Assembly (NCBI GenBank): GCA_963717525.1
Contig: OY970343.1
Location: 1,888,001-1,952,000, forward strand
Length of the DNA: 64,000 nucleotides
From: an uncultured Methanoregulaceae archaeon
GTDB lineage: Archaea; Halobacteriota; Methanomicrobia; Methanomicrobiales; Methanospirillaceae
Direction: 5' to 3'
Part shown: positions 45,583 through 57,254 of the stretch, piece by piece
Position numbering within the stretch: the first letter of the stretch is position 1
Layout of the letters: the number at the start of each line of letters is the position of its first letter
Notes under the pieces: model-generated
Databases searched by the model: none
Told to the model about the DNA's origin: nothing
The model's input: only the letters and a program-made list of their open reading frames with translations
Program-made: the position numbers and the translations under genes

Positions 45583-46020
45583 TCACTTACGATTGGCATC
45601 CGGGTTTTTCTTCAGAAACGCCCCTACCGTAAAACGATTCGGATCATGGGTTTCCCGGACATTCTCCCCTTCATAAGTCCGGTCATGTTTTTGCAAAAGG
45701 GACCGCAGGGATTTCTTCAGTTTGTCCGGGCGCTTTGCGATCTTGGATCGCAACACCGGTTTCAGGATGATCCCCTCCTCTGCCTCGTGGTAATGCTCTG
45801 TACAGAGAACGACAAGAAGCTGCGCCGGGTTATCATCAGGCCGGTGCGGGGAGCGTGAAAGCATGCCAAGCAAAAAAACCTCGAGCTCATCGGGTGGGCA
45901 TACGCGATCGCAGTACTCGCACTTCCCGACCAGTTCCCGGACCTGCTTCTTTGTCTTTGTTGAAAGAGCGATGCGGCTTCGTTTGGGTATGCTGCGATCC
46001 GATGCGAAATCACTGGTCAT
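45583..46020 (-). CDS. Hypothetical protein with degenerate HNH-like Zn motif
   Basis: KCEYC...LEVFLL...LVVLCTEHYH spacing resembles HNH proteins, but the catalytic His is absent. Confidence 0.6.
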   Translation of the reverse strand: MTSDFASDRSIPKRSRIALSTKTKKQVRELVGKCEYCDRVCPPDELEVFLLGMLSRSPHRPDDNPAQLLVVLCTEHYHEAEEGIILKPVLRSKIAKRPDKLKKSLRSLLQKHDRTYEGENVRETHDPNRFTVGAFLKKNPDANRK

Positions 46021-46085
46021 CTGTCCCTCACTTCAGGATCCTGCATTTTTCCCCGGACACGAGGCAGGGGAGGATCTGCTGGCGT

Positions 46086-47084
46086 CTACGTGACCTGCAG
46101 ATCCCCGAGCCATGCACCTGATTTCTTGGTCACTTCGCCAACCACCCGGGCGCCTTTCACCATCGTTGTCACCGTGTCCACGGATGCCGGAGGCACGACA
46201 TAGGCGTACCCCATCCCCATGTTGAAGGTGCGGTACATCTCGGCATCGGAGATCTTCCCGGTCTCCTGGATCCACCGGAAGATCGCAGGCGGCTGGAGCG
46301 GAGCATCGAACCGGAAGCCAAACGGGCAGAGCCGCAGGAAATTCAGCAGCCCCCCGCCCGTGATATGGCACATGCCGTGTATGGTGCAGCGATCGGCTAC
46401 CGCGAGGCTCTCGTGGTAAATCCGGGTCGGCGTGAGCAGTTCACGGCCGAGCGTCTTTCCGGTGCTTAGTTTTTCGTCATAGTCCGCATACTTCTCCACG
46501 ATCATCCGCGCAAGCGAGAGACCGTTGCTGTGGATGCCGGTGGACGGGACGCCAATAATTTTGTCACCGGGCCGGATCTTCTCGCCGGTCACGATCCGGT
46601 CCTTTGCCTGCACGCCCACGCAGGTACCGGCAAGATCAAGGCCGTTTACAAGCCCTTTGAGCGATGCGGTCTCGCCGCCCACGATATCGATGTTCGCCTG
46701 ACGCGCCCCTTCGTTCAGGCCAATGCCGATCTGAGCCATCTTCTCCACCGAGAGCCGGTCGGTGGCGATGTAATCGACAAAAGCGATCGGCTCCATGTGC
46801 ATCACGTAGAGATCGTTCACGTTCATCGCGATGCAGTCGATCCCGACCGTGCTCCAGTCCGCGAGTCTGTCGGCCACAAGCATCTTGGTCCCCACGCCGT
46901 CAGTCGTGAGCGCGAGGGCATGCGTACCGAAATCGATCAGGCCGGCGAAGTGGCCGACGTTCCCGAGCATGGTGTGGTGGCCTTTCCGACGGAATGTCAG
47001 GTTTCTGATGAGCGCCTTTATCGCGGTTGCTTCGAGGTCAATATCGACCCCGGCTTCACTGTACGCGTTCTTTGTCACTCGCAT
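46086..47084 (-). CDS. purM: Phosphoribosylformylglycinamidine cyclo-ligase
   Basis: YSEAGVDI, TDGVGTK, AMNVND, GGETA, GIHSNG, HITGGG, TFNMGMG. Confidence 0.98.
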   Translation of the reverse strand: MRVTKNAYSEAGVDIDLEATAIKALIRNLTFRRKGHHTMLGNVGHFAGLIDFGTHALALTTDGVGTKMLVADRLADWSTVGIDCIAMNVNDLYVMHMEPIAFVDYIATDRLSVEKMAQIGIGLNEGARQANIDIVGGETASLKGLVNGLDLAGTCVGVQAKDRIVTGEKIRPGDKIIGVPSTGIHSNGLSLARMIVEKYADYDEKLSTGKTLGRELLTPTRIYHESLAVADRCTIHGMCHITGGGLLNFLRLCPFGFRFDAPLQPPAIFRWIQETGKISDAEMYRTFNMGMGYAYVVPPASVDTVTTMVKGARVVGEVTKKSGAWLGDLQVT

Positions 47085-48472
47085 TCCTCCGAAAGCCGGA
47101 ACTCGTCGTGCAGCACACGGACCGCACGCGGCCCGTCTTCCTGCCGGACCACAAACGAGATGTTCGCCTCGCTTGAGCCCTGCGAGATCATCATCACGTT
47201 CACTCCGGCCAAGCCAAGGGCGGTGAAGATACGACCGCCCGTACCTGCGGCGCCGGCCATCCCGGCCCCGACCACAGCAACGGCACAGACATCCCTGTTG
47301 TTCGTCACTTCCCGTACGATCCCATCGGTGACGAGGAACGAGAGTGCGTCTACCGCAGCGTCAAGGTGGGACTCATCAACAATAAGCGATATGTTGGCCT
47401 CACTTGAGCCCTGCGAGATCATCATCACGTTCACTTCCCTGTCGGCAAGTGCGGAGAAGATCGCCTTTGCAACGCCCGGCCTCCCGATCATCTGGGCTCC
47501 GTTGATGTTGATCGAGGCAACCTTCTCAATGTACGTGAGTGCCTTTACCACCCGGCTGTCCCGGTAACCGTTTCTCACGATCATGGTGCCGGGGTGGGTG
47601 GGGTTGAAGGTGTTTTTTACCCGGACAAGGATGTTCTTTCTCATCGCGGGATCGATCGAGCGGGGATGCATGACTTTTGCGCCGAAGTACGAGAGCTCCA
47701 TGACCTCGATGTACGACACGCTTTTTAACACCCGGGCATCGTTGATCACCCGGGGATCGGAGGTCATAATCCCATCCACATCAGTCCAGATCCAGATCTC
47801 GTCCGCATCGATCCCGGCACCTATGATGGACGCGGAGTAGTCAGAACCGCTCCGGCCAAGCGTGGTGAGGATCCCGTTCTCGGTACAGCCCATGAACCCC
47901 ATGATGACCGGGATCTCTTTTTTTAAGAGCGGCACGATCTTCTTTTTGATCTGCTCATCACTCCGGGGCAGAGCGGTGGCTTCGCCATGCTGGGGGGTAG
48001 TGAGGATGCCGGCCTCGCAGCCGTCGAACACGGTCGAGGGGATGCCGCGCTGGCGGAGGGCGGCGCCCACAACCGGCGCAAGCAGCCGCTCGCCATACGA
48101 GATGATGTAGTCCTTGGACCGGGGGGTGAGCTCCCGGAGATTGTGGACCGCAGAGAGGATGTGCTGGAGGCTTGCGAGACGCTTCTCGATGACCTCCCCA
48201 ACCTCTTTCACATAATCCGGTGCGGCCCCGGCAAGCGAGGTCATGTGCCGCTCCCGGAGGTGGGCGATAAGGGGAGAGACCTCGGCGCAGTCTTTTGCCG
48301 CAGGGAGTTTTTCTGCAATGGTGATGAGCTGGTCAGTCACGCCCCGCTGCGCAGAAACCACAACCGCCACTTCGTCGCCGGCCTTATGGTGTTCTTCGAG
48401 AATGTCCACCACACGCCCGATACACTGCGCATCGGCAACGGATGTCCCGCCAAATTTCATTAAAAATCTCAT
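47075..48472 (-). CDS. lysC: Aspartate kinase with two ACT domains
   Basis: MKFGGTSV, VVVSA, TLGRSGSDYSA, WTDVDG, FGAKVMHP, duplicated MISQGSSEANIS. Confidence 0.97.
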   Translation of the reverse strand: MRFLMKFGGTSVADAQCIGRVVDILEEHHKAGDEVAVVVSAQRGVTDQLITIAEKLPAAKDCAEVSPLIAHLRERHMTSLAGAAPDYVKEVGEVIEKRLASLQHILSAVHNLRELTPRSKDYIISYGERLLAPVVGAALRQRGIPSTVFDGCEAGILTTPQHGEATALPRSDEQIKKKIVPLLKKEIPVIMGFMGCTENGILTTLGRSGSDYSASIIGAGIDADEIWIWTDVDGIMTSDPRVINDARVLKSVSYIEVMELSYFGAKVMHPRSIDPAMRKNILVRVKNTFNPTHPGTMIVRNGYRDSRVVKALTYIEKVASININGAQMIGRPGVAKAIFSALADREVNVMMISQGSSEANISLIVDESHLDAAVDALSFLVTDGIVREVTNNRDVCAVAVVGAGMAGAAGTGGRIFTALGLAGVNVMMISQGSSEANISFVVRQEDGPRAVRVLHDEFRLSEECE

Positions 48473-48533
48473 GTCGGTTCACTCTGGCATGTACCATTTA
48501 TTTATGTAACTATACGACGCACAGAATTATAAT

Positions 48534-50161
48534 ATGCGTGCAGGTGACGTGGTGGACTGCCACGTGCTGGTGATCGGCAGCGGCGGCGCGGGCGTGCGGG
48601 CGGCGATCGAGGCGGCCCGGTACGGTGAGACCGTGCTCGTCTCCAAGACCATCGCGGGAAAGGGAGGGTGCACTCCTATGGCCGAAGGGGGGTACAACGC
48701 GGTACTGCGACAGGAGGACTCCTGCGAGATCCACTACGAGGACACTCTGCGTGGGGGCGCATTCCTCAACGAGCCGGACCTCGTCAGGATCCTCGTGAAA
48801 GAATCCCCACAGCGGATCGATGACCTGATCCGGTGGGGGGCGGTCTTTGACTTCTCCAATGAGTGCGAGCTCGCACAGCGCCCGTTCGGCGGACAGAGGT
48901 TCCCCCGGACCTGCTACGCGGGGGACCGGACCGGCCACGAGATGATGATGACACTTATCGAGCGCTTCGACTCTTCCGGCGCGACAAAAATGGAGGAGGT
49001 GACCGTCATCGATCTGCTCAAAGAGGGCGACCGGGTGATCGGTGCTTTTGCCCTTGATGAGAATGGGGACCCCATCGTTATCACCGCAGACAGCACCATC
49101 CTTGCGACTGGCGGGGGGGCACGGGTTTACGACATCTCCACAAACTCTTCAAGCGGCACTGGCGACGGCTTTGCCATGGGTTACAGGGCCGGGGCAGAAC
49201 TGATCGATATGGAGATGGTGCAGTTCCACCCGACCGGTGCGGTGTACCCGTACGATGCACGGGGCAGGCTTATCACGGAAGCGGTCCGGGGTGAAGGAGG
49301 AGTTCTTAAAAACGCCCTTGGCGAACGGTTCATGAAGCGGTACGACCCGGTGCGGATGGAGCTCTCGACCCGGGACGTTGTCTCCCGTGCGATCGCAACC
49401 GAGATCGCAAACGGACGGGGCACGCCCCATGGTGGGGTGTTCCTTGACATTACGCATCTCCCCAGAGAGCAGATAGAGACCCGGCTCCGGTGATGCTCGA
49501 ACAGTTCCTGACATTTGGTGTGGACATCCGGACACAGCCGATGGAGGTCGCTCCCACCGCCCACCACATCATGGGTGGCCTGAAGATCACTTCGGATTGT
49601 TCGACAACCGTCCCGGGTCTCTTTGCCTGCGGCGAAACCTCCGGCGGCGTGCAGGGTGCAAACCGGCTGGGGGGAAATGCTCTTGCCGAGACCCAAGTCT
49701 TCGGGAAGCGCGCCGGCGAGTTTCCCGGCCAGAAAGAGAAACGGGTAAAAAGGATCGATCCAGCACAGGTGTCACAGGTTCAGGCACGTATCGAAAGTTT
49801 CTTTTGCGGGACCGAAAACCCGGCGCGGGTCCGGAAGGAACTCCAGTGTGCGATGTGGCAGGGCGCGGGTATTTTCCGGGACGAACCCGGGCTTAAAGAT
49901 GCGCTTGCCACGGCAGAGCGCCTCCTCCGGGCACCGATTCAGGCGATCTCCCCCGCAGGTGTTGCGGAATGCTGTATTGTCAGGAACATGTGCCTCACTT
50001 CGCGACTCATCTGCCGTTCGGCCCTGATCCGGCCCGAATCCCGAGGGGCTGACATGCGGGTGGATATCGTTCAGAACTGGGACGCGGAACACTCGCCCTA
50101 CGGGCACACGTATATCTCGGAGCACCGCGAGGGCATAGTCAGGCACGGGGTGATCGCGTGA
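48534..50161 (+). CDS. tfrA: Thiol:fumarate reductase (CoM/CoB) subunit A; frameshift at ~49490
   Basis: VIGSGGAG, MAEGG, QRPFGG, QFHPT, EAVRGEGG, RDVVSR, HHIMGG, GANRLGGN. Adjacent to tfrB. Confidence 0.92.
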
Positions 50162-51625
50162 AGGATCTCCGGGTGACGGTCCTGCGATTTGATACCAAAA
50201 AGGATCCTGCGCCACATCCTGAGACGTACACCGTGCGCATCAATGAGGGCGCCCGGGTCCTGCACGTCCTGCACGCAATCCACGACGAGATTGATCCCAC
50301 GCTCTCGTACCGGTACTGCTGTGGGTCAGGGCAGTGCGGGAGCTGTGCAGTGCGGGTTGACGGCGAGCCGGTGCTCGCGTGCATGAAGGAAGCGACCGAC
50401 GGCATCACGATCACCCCGCTGAACCTCCCGGTTAAAAAGGATCTGGTGGTGGATCTCCTCCCGAAAATTGCAACAATTGCGTCGCTTGTCCCGGCGCAGG
50501 GGGAGGCCATGCAGCTGCCCACGATAGCGCAGATCGAGGAGATAAAACCGCTCCGGGATTGCATCGAGTGCCTGGCGTGCGTCTCTGTCTGCCCGGCCAT
50601 GGACGTCACGAGTTTCCTTGGGCCCACTGCGATGCGGCAGGAAATGCGGCTTGCACTCGATCCCCGCGACACCGGATCCCGTGTACCGGATGCGGTCCGC
50701 GACGGACTTTTCACCTGCACGAGCTGCCAGGCCTGCTTTGTGGCCTGCCCCAAAAAGATCCAGATCCCGGGAAAAGCGATCGAGAATCTGAGGGCGCTCG
50801 CAAACCGGCAGGGGTTCACCCTGCCCCGGCACCAGGAGGTCGCGGCCCTTATCAAAGAGACCGGGCGCAGCGTTGTCAGAACCGCACCGTCTTTCATGGA
50901 GCAGGTCGGCACGACTATCGAGCCGAATGGGCCGGTGAAAGCCACGGTGGGATTCTTTGTCGGCTGCATGTACAACCTGCGCCAGCAGCAGTCCGCACTC
51001 GATGCGATCGAGATACTCAGGAGAAACGGCATCCGCGTGATCATCCCCCGCGACCAGATCTGCTGTGGTTCGCCTTTGATCCGCACCGGCCAGCTGGATT
51101 ATGTCGATACGCTCAAAAAACGCAACATCGATGCGTTCCGGACCCGGGGGATCGATACCGTGATGACGATGTGCGCCGGGTGTGGATCGACCCTCAAGCA
51201 CGACTATGTAACTCCGTTTAAGGTCATGGACATCAACGAGATCCTGACAAAATACGGGATCGAACTGCCGGCAAAGCTCCCGCTCACGGCGACCTACCAC
51301 GACCCCTGCCACTTAATGAGGGGACAAGGCGTAAAAGAGGAGCCCCGGGCAGCTGATCCGGCAGGTGGTCGATCTTGTCGAGATGCCGGCCATCTGCTGC
51401 GGGTCCGGCGGCGGGGTAAAGTCCGGCCTTCCTGAGGAAGCGGCAGCCCTCGGGGAGAGGCGGCGCGAAGAGATCCGGAAGACCGGGGCCGATATCGTGA
51501 TCACCTCCTGCCCGTTCTGTGAGTTCCATATCGCAAGCCATTCTGACAAGCCGGTGAAAAATATCATGACCGTACTGCTCGAAGGGTACCGTGAGAAGGA
51601 CCGGCTGGCAGAAAAGAAGAAGTGA
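50158..51625 (+). CDS. tfrB: Thiol:fumarate reductase subunit B; frameshift at ~51345
   Basis: 2Fe-2S (CGSGQCGSC), two 4Fe-4S motifs (CIECLACVSVCP, CTSCQAC..ACP), two HdrD-like CCG domains. Confidence 0.92.
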
Positions 51626-52006
51626 TCTCCTTTTTTTAATCGACCATTTTTCCATGTTGAAAGAAACAGGGCCTAGACACCTCCCCAATCTCTGAACTTT
51701 CCCCGGTAAATCTGGGCCCAATCTGGTCTCCGATTTCCCGTTTCCGGACCCGGATCTTATCTCCACAGGAACCGATGTCCACGCCCCTAGAAAATCCTGA
51801 TTTAATCGCTTATTTTTAAAAATGCCTCGATTTAAGGGCCACTTGAACCTGCATAATAGCAGGCTTCTGTTGGCAGGGTTTCTGGAGAGGTCCTGAGGGT
51901 CATCTGATCGGGAGATCGGCCGCCCGGAGGCCGCTATGAGCGTTTTTCAATTTTACGTCGGAGAAATCAATTAGAGAGGGTGGAATCGACGGTGAATTAT
52001 AGTCAG

Positions 52007-52062
52007 AAAACGCTCTTGGGGGCTACCGCCCCCCTTTGGGAGCAGGGCTGGTGTAAGGGGGG
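52007..52062 (+). repeat. Dispersed GC-rich intergenic repeat, copy 4 (apparent internal-deletion form)
   Basis: AAAACGCTCTTGGGGGCTACCGCCCCCC head joined to GCAGGGCTGGTGTAAGGGGGG tail (20/21 identical to 41847-41867). Confidence 0.65.
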
Positions 52063-52185
52063 TGCGGATCGCGTCTGCATTTTTCCAACTTTCGCAAGCG
52101 ATCTTTTTGAAAATTTCGGGCGCGAAAGTTCGTACACCACAAAAATTTCCGGTAAGAAACGGTTCGGGCCGCAAAAAAAGGGGGT

Positions 52186-53339
52186 TCAGTCCAGCTTCAT
52201 CAGGGTACTCGGTACGCTTCAAGCGCCGCCTTTGCCCCGTCACCGGCTGCAATAATGATCTGCTTGCTTTTTACCGAGGTCACGTCACCTGCTGCAAAGA
52301 GGCCGGACCGGCTCGTGCGGCCATCGATGTCCACGACGATCTCCTTGTTAGCGTTGAGTTCTACCAGCCCATCCAGGATATCCGTGTTCGGCGTCCACCC
52401 GACCTCGATAAAAACCCCGTCCACTTCGATGCGCTGATCTCCCTGACCCTCAGTGGTGATGGTGATGTACTGGAGGAACGGGTCTCCGGCAAGCGCGGTG
52501 ATCTGCGCGTGGAGGTGCACGGTGATATTCTTTATTCCCTCGAGCTTCCTGACATACACCGGATCCGCCTTGATCGTGCTGCGGACGATCAGGCTCACCG
52601 ATGACGCGATCCCGCTCATTTCGACTGCGGTCTGGAGTGCCGAGTTGCCTCCGCCGACCACCGCGACCTTCTTCCCCTTGTAGAGCGGGCCATCGCAGGT
52701 CGAACAGATGGAGAGGCCTCGCCCGAGATACTTCTCCTCGTCTTTTACCCCGAGTTTCCGCGGCTGTTTTCCCTGGGTCAGAATCAGGCTCTTTGCCTTT
52801 ACCGTAATCCCGGACACGGTCGTGACGGCAAACAGGTTCTCCTCGGGAGTGATGCTGCTCACCCGGTCAAGTTCCAGCCGCACATCGAGGGTCCGTACCT
52901 GTTCCTCGAACTTTTTCATCAGGTCTTCACCGGTAATCATCCGGTAGCCCATATAGTTCTCGATCGCCCATGACTCCAGCGCCTGGCCGCCGATGCTTTC
53001 CGAAACGACAAGAGTCTTCAGGAGCTTGCGTGCGCAATATACCGCAGCGGTCAGCCCGGCCGGGCCGGCACCCACGATCACAACATCGTAGGTTTCGCTA
53101 GAAACATGGGTGCCAAAGAGCTCGTTGAGCCGCTTGGAATCAAAACCGACAATAACCTCGTCGTCGACCATGATAACCGGCACGCCACGCTGGCCCGACA
53201 GCGCGATCATTTTCTCTGCCGCCACAGCATCGACACCGACGTCTATGTTGGTATACCGGACGCCCTGCTTGTCGAGAAACACTTTGGCCATCCGGCAGTA
53301 CGGGCAGTTCCTGGTGGAATAAACGGTGACCGTGCTCAT
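52186..53339 (-). CDS. Glutaredoxin-thioredoxin reductase fusion; indels near the C-terminus (~52205)
   Basis: Grx domain VYSTRNCPYC...GVPVI..GFD fused to TrxB-like GAGPAG, CSTCDG, GGGNSA, FAAGDV. Confidence 0.92.
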
Positions 53340-53462
53340 CAATGCGAAAAGGTTAGCGGCCGATATAAAGATTATGCCGTTTCCATGGGAATGCGGCGTC
53401 AATCGCAAATTTCTTTTCCCGCAAGCCCCAATACCCCTCCATACAAGGAACAGGATCCAGCC

Positions 53463-54757
53463 ATGCCTTCCAATACCGGCCGTCATCTCCTTTGGGGAAT
53501 TATCTGGGGGATCGTCATCATGTTGCTGCTCTGCATCCCGCTTGCAGCCGCTGCATCTGATACGACTCCCACCTCGGGCGGCCCTGTGGTGTATCTCAAT
53601 TTCAACGAAGGCAGCAGCAATCTTGCCCTCGACGCATCCGGCCACGGGAATACCGGGACCATCCATGGCAGCGCATACCGGATCGACAACGGCGGGTGTG
53701 TGAAGGCGCTGGTGCTGGGCGGAAACGGAAGTTACGTATCTGTATCGTATACACCGGCAAACCACCCCACCGGTGCCATAACAGTGTCCACATGGTTCTA
53801 CGTCAACGACACGACACCCCAGGCTCTGGTCTCGACGTATGAGGATGGCGGGGGGTACCGGCTCGGGTTCGATGAGGGAAACGATCTCTGGTGGACCCTT
53901 GGTCTTGACAACCCCGCAGGTGGGGTTTCCGTAGTGATCCCGCACGAGACCATCGCTCTCGGGCAGTGGCACCAGGTCACCGGGTCCTACGATGGATCGG
54001 TCGCGAGGATCTATCTCGACGGCGTTCTCCGCAACCAGGTGAATGCGACCGGCCCGATCCGGTATGTTGACAACAACTCTGTCATGATCGGCGCTGATGC
54101 GGGCCCTGCAGATTCACCCGCTGACAATTCCCCCGACTACTTGACCGGGGGGGTGGACGAGGTCAGGATTTACGACCGGGCCCTCTCGTACAACGAAGAG
54201 ATGGATGACCGGTACCAGTGTACTGCTGCTCCCGGGACCGGAATCCTGTCGCTTCCCACCGGCACTCCACCGGTATTTCTAACCTCGGGCTCACTCGACC
54301 TGGGTTCCGGTGAGACAGCCATGCGGAGGCTGACCTTTTCGAACCAGAGCGATCAGGGTGTCTGGCAGGTGACGGTTCCTCCCGGCTCCCAGCTCTCGGT
54401 TGGTGCCACGGCTTCTTATCCCGGCAACTATCCTGATGAATGGTACGTGGAGTCAGGGACCAGGACACCCAGCTCACGCGCATTGTCGCCTTCCCGGTCC
54501 CGTACAACTCCCCGGCAACCGGCATTATTGAGTCGGGAAATGCCACTGTGCTCGTCCATTACTTCGGTGGCCCGGGTCGGTTCCCGGCGAGCATGAGTCT
54601 CAGCTTTACCTGCACCGGGCAGGAGAGCCCGGTTATGTCCCTGCCAAAAGCAATCCTCGAATACCCGATCATCGTGATCTATTCAGCATCATGGGCGACA
54701 CTGATTGCCCTTATTGTTGTCATCGTCTGGGCCCACAAGCGTCGCACCAGACAATAA
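53463..54757 (+). CDS. LamG (concanavalin-like) domain surface protein; frameshift at ~54455
   Basis: Signal peptide, DASGHGNTG, GQWHQVTGSYDG..IYLDG, GVDEVRIYDRALS, C-terminal TM plus basic tail. Confidence 0.85.
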
Positions 54758-54836
54758 CCTTCTTTTATTTTTTACCGTAAAGGCACGAACAATCAACAGT
54801 GTCCACGGCTATGAGCATGGCACAATTAAAAAAAGA

Positions 54837-55340
54837 TCAAAGGGTAATTTCACGGAACTGTTTTCCGAATACCCCGCAGATAGGGCACTTGTCAGGCGCC
54901 TTGCCGATCTCGATATTGCCACAGACCGGGCAGAGAAAGATTTTCTCCCTGCCAAGATCATGGCCTGCTTTTAAGGCCGCAAGCGCCTTTTTGTACAGCC
55001 CCGCATGGACTTCTTCGGCCTTCATAGCGTGAGTGAATGCAAGCACTGCCTCACTCTTCTTCTCGGCTTCAGCCTCCTTGATAAATGCGGGATACATGGA
55101 GGTGTACTCGTGGGTCTCCCCTTCGATGCTTCCTTCCAGGTTCTTCTCGGTAGCGTTGACTGCCCCAAGCACTTTTAAAAGCTTCTTTGCGTGGATTGCC
55201 TCGGCCTCAGATGCAGCCTTGTAAAGCGTGGCAATGCTGGTGAAACCATCGGCAGCTGCTTTTTCGGAAAATGCAAGATACTTCCGGTTGGCCTGGGATT
55301 CTCCGGCAAACGCGTCCATAGCATTGTTCTGGGTTGTCAT
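54837..55340 (-). CDS. rbr: Rubrerythrin
   Basis: AFAGESQANRKY, EAIHA, GETHE..MYP, AEEVHA, CPVCG...CPICG. Confidence 0.95.
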   Translation of the reverse strand: MTTQNNAMDAFAGESQANRKYLAFSEKAAADGFTSIATLYKAASEAEAIHAKKLLKVLGAVNATEKNLEGSIEGETHEYTSMYPAFIKEAEAEKKSEAVLAFTHAMKAEEVHAGLYKKALAALKAGHDLGREKIFLCPVCGNIEIGKAPDKCPICGVFGKQFREITL

Positions 55341-55537
55341 ACGGGAACGTATGGTCTGGTATTTACTTAAATATTTTTCATGAGGCATACCGGGTATAAT
55401 ATCGTCATGAATATCGTCATGATCCCGCGATAAGCGGAATTACATAAGAAAGAGATTATAGATTTTGGCACACCACGCTTATGTATGCGTGAACAGGTGC
55501 CGACCCGCGGGTTATTGTGCCCCGGCCGGGTCATGCC

Positions 55538-56200
55538 ATGAAGATGATGAAGGATCTCCCCGCACACGACCGTCCCCGGGAGAAGATCGCACAAAAGGGT
55601 GTGCAGGCGCTTACCAATACCGAGCTGATCGAGTCGATCCTCGGGAGAGGAGTCCAGAACCGGGATGTCCGGGCGATCGCCCACGACATCGCTGCGCTGC
55701 TGGATGATCCTGCCCGGCAGATCCGGTATGAAGACCTGCTGGAGATCGGGGGTATGGGGCCAACAAAAGCCGCCCAGATCATGGCCTGCCTCGAACTCGG
55801 GCGGCGCAGGTATGAGACGGGCAGCGCTGTAAAGATCCAGAAACCAGAGGATGTCCTGCCGCTTGTGGGTTCCTACCGGGAAAAACCTCAGGAGCATTTT
55901 ATCTGTATCTCACTTTCCGGGGCCGGCGAGGTGATCCAAACCCGCGTGATCACTATCGGGATCCTTAACCACAGCCTCGTCCATCCACGCGAGGTGTTTG
56001 CCGGGGCGATCACCGACCGGGCGGCATCGGTCATCTGCGTGCACAACCACCCGTCAGGATCCCTTGACGCAAGCCCGCAGGACATCGCGATCACCCGGCA
56101 GCTCCAGGAGGCAGGAGCCCTGCTTGGCATCCAGCTCCTCGACCATATTATTATCACAAAGAGCGGTTTTTCCAGCCTGAAAGAAAAGGGGCTGGTCTGA
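55538..56200 (+). CDS. radC: RadC/UPF0758 JAB-domain protein
   Basis: RPREK, GMGPTKA, VHPREVF, HNHPSG, D, LLDHIII. Confidence 0.93.
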   Translation: MKMMKDLPAHDRPREKIAQKGVQALTNTELIESILGRGVQNRDVRAIAHDIAALLDDPARQIRYEDLLEIGGMGPTKAAQIMACLELGRRRYETGSAVKIQKPEDVLPLVGSYREKPQEHFICISLSGAGEVIQTRVITIGILNHSLVHPREVFAGAITDRAASVICVHNHPSGSLDASPQDIAITRQLQEAGALLGIQLLDHIIITKSGFSSLKEKGLV

Positions 56201-56288
56201 TCTCCGGGCTGACAGAGGCAGCGAGGCCGTGTCTGATATATCCTGTGACGGGAAACGGGAGATTAATTCAGGATTAGTGCGGGCATTA

Positions 56289-56885
56289 TTACGGCTGAGC
56301 AAGCGATTTTCCGAGGGCAAATCCCTTTTTGTACGCCGCATCGAGGAGCTCAGGCCGGGTTGCAATATCCCGTATAGTGTCCATGCCATTGATCAGCAGC
56401 TCATCCCGGTACTGGCAGTCGATGATATCGAAGAATGCCCGGGTTGTCAGTTTTGCGCCAACGAACACTTCCGGGATATCCATTCCTGATATGCAGATGA
56501 AAAGGCCGGCCCGTTTTTCCTTCCGGTCCGGGGAAATTAAAGACTGATTCCGGAGGTACTTGGCCATAAAAAAGACCTGAAACCTATCCATAAAGGCTTT
56601 GAGCGTGCCGGGGATCCCCATCGTCATCACGGGTGTTGCAAGGATCAGGCCGTCCATATCCACAAATTTCGGGTAGATCTGCTGCATATCATCATCGAGA
56701 ATGCAGGTCTCGTGATCCCGGCAGAAAAACATTTCCTGGCAGCCCTGGAAATCCAAGCTGGTCACCGGGACGAGTTCCACGGTGCAGCCGGCGTCCTTTG
56801 TTCCCTGCACGGCCCGTGCGAGCAACCGTGCCGTGTTGCCTTCGGGAAGGGGGCTGCCGAGAAGTCCGATAACCTTTGGTGTCAT
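56289..56885 (-). CDS. Iron-sulfur flavoprotein (Isf/flavodoxin-like) with variant Cys motif
   Basis: GSP...GNT, C-x2-M-x2-C-x5-C, DDM, LATPV, LKAFMDR. Confidence 0.88.
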   Translation of the reverse strand: MTPKVIGLLGSPLPEGNTARLLARAVQGTKDAGCTVELVPVTSLDFQGCQEMFFCRDHETCILDDDMQQIYPKFVDMDGLILATPVMTMGIPGTLKAFMDRFQVFFMAKYLRNQSLISPDRKEKRAGLFICISGMDIPEVFVGAKLTTRAFFDIIDCQYRDELLINGMDTIRDIATRPELLDAAYKKGFALGKSLAQP

Positions 56886-57014
56886 ACCGGCATTAGGGGA
56901 AAAAAACCAATATAGTTTTGCATAGGTCAAACTTTTCTGACAGGTATACGATGACGTCGTATGCGGGTGCACTAACACAACTGATATATATCTTCGATAT
57001 AAAAGTGAAGTCTG

Positions 57015-57254
57015 GTGATACATCTGACCGAACAAAAGACGTATGCAGCAGGCCAGAAAGTCGGGCCGGGAAAATACGTGTGTATCGATTGCGGCAAGGA
57101 ACTCACGCTCGACAAGAGCGAGCAGGATCTCCGCAAATGCCCGGCCTGCTCCTGCGAGGAGTACCAGTGTTTCCCTATGACCCATATCCGGCCGGATATC
57201 AAGACTCCCGAAGATGCTAAAAACCCGCCCAAGCGGGGTAAGAGTTTCCAGTAA
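57015..57254 (+). CDS. Small zinc-ribbon/rubredoxin-like protein
   Basis: GPGKYVCIDCG...CPACS. Confidence 0.8.
   Translation: MIHLTEQKTYAAGQKVGPGKYVCIDCGKELTLDKSEQDLRKCPACSCEEYQCFPMTHIRPDIKTPEDAKNPPKRGKSFQ

Noticed and set aside
47140..47440. Direct repeat CTTGAGCCCTGCGAGATCATCATCACGTTCACT within lysC
   Set aside because: Encodes the duplicated ACT-domain motif VNVMMISQGSSE, normal for aspartate kinase.
49652..50053. TfrA His replacements (HGANR to QGANR; RGAH to RGAD) suggesting altered catalysis
   Set aside because: Each is a single-base change from CAC in an error-rich sequence; cannot be trusted without reads.
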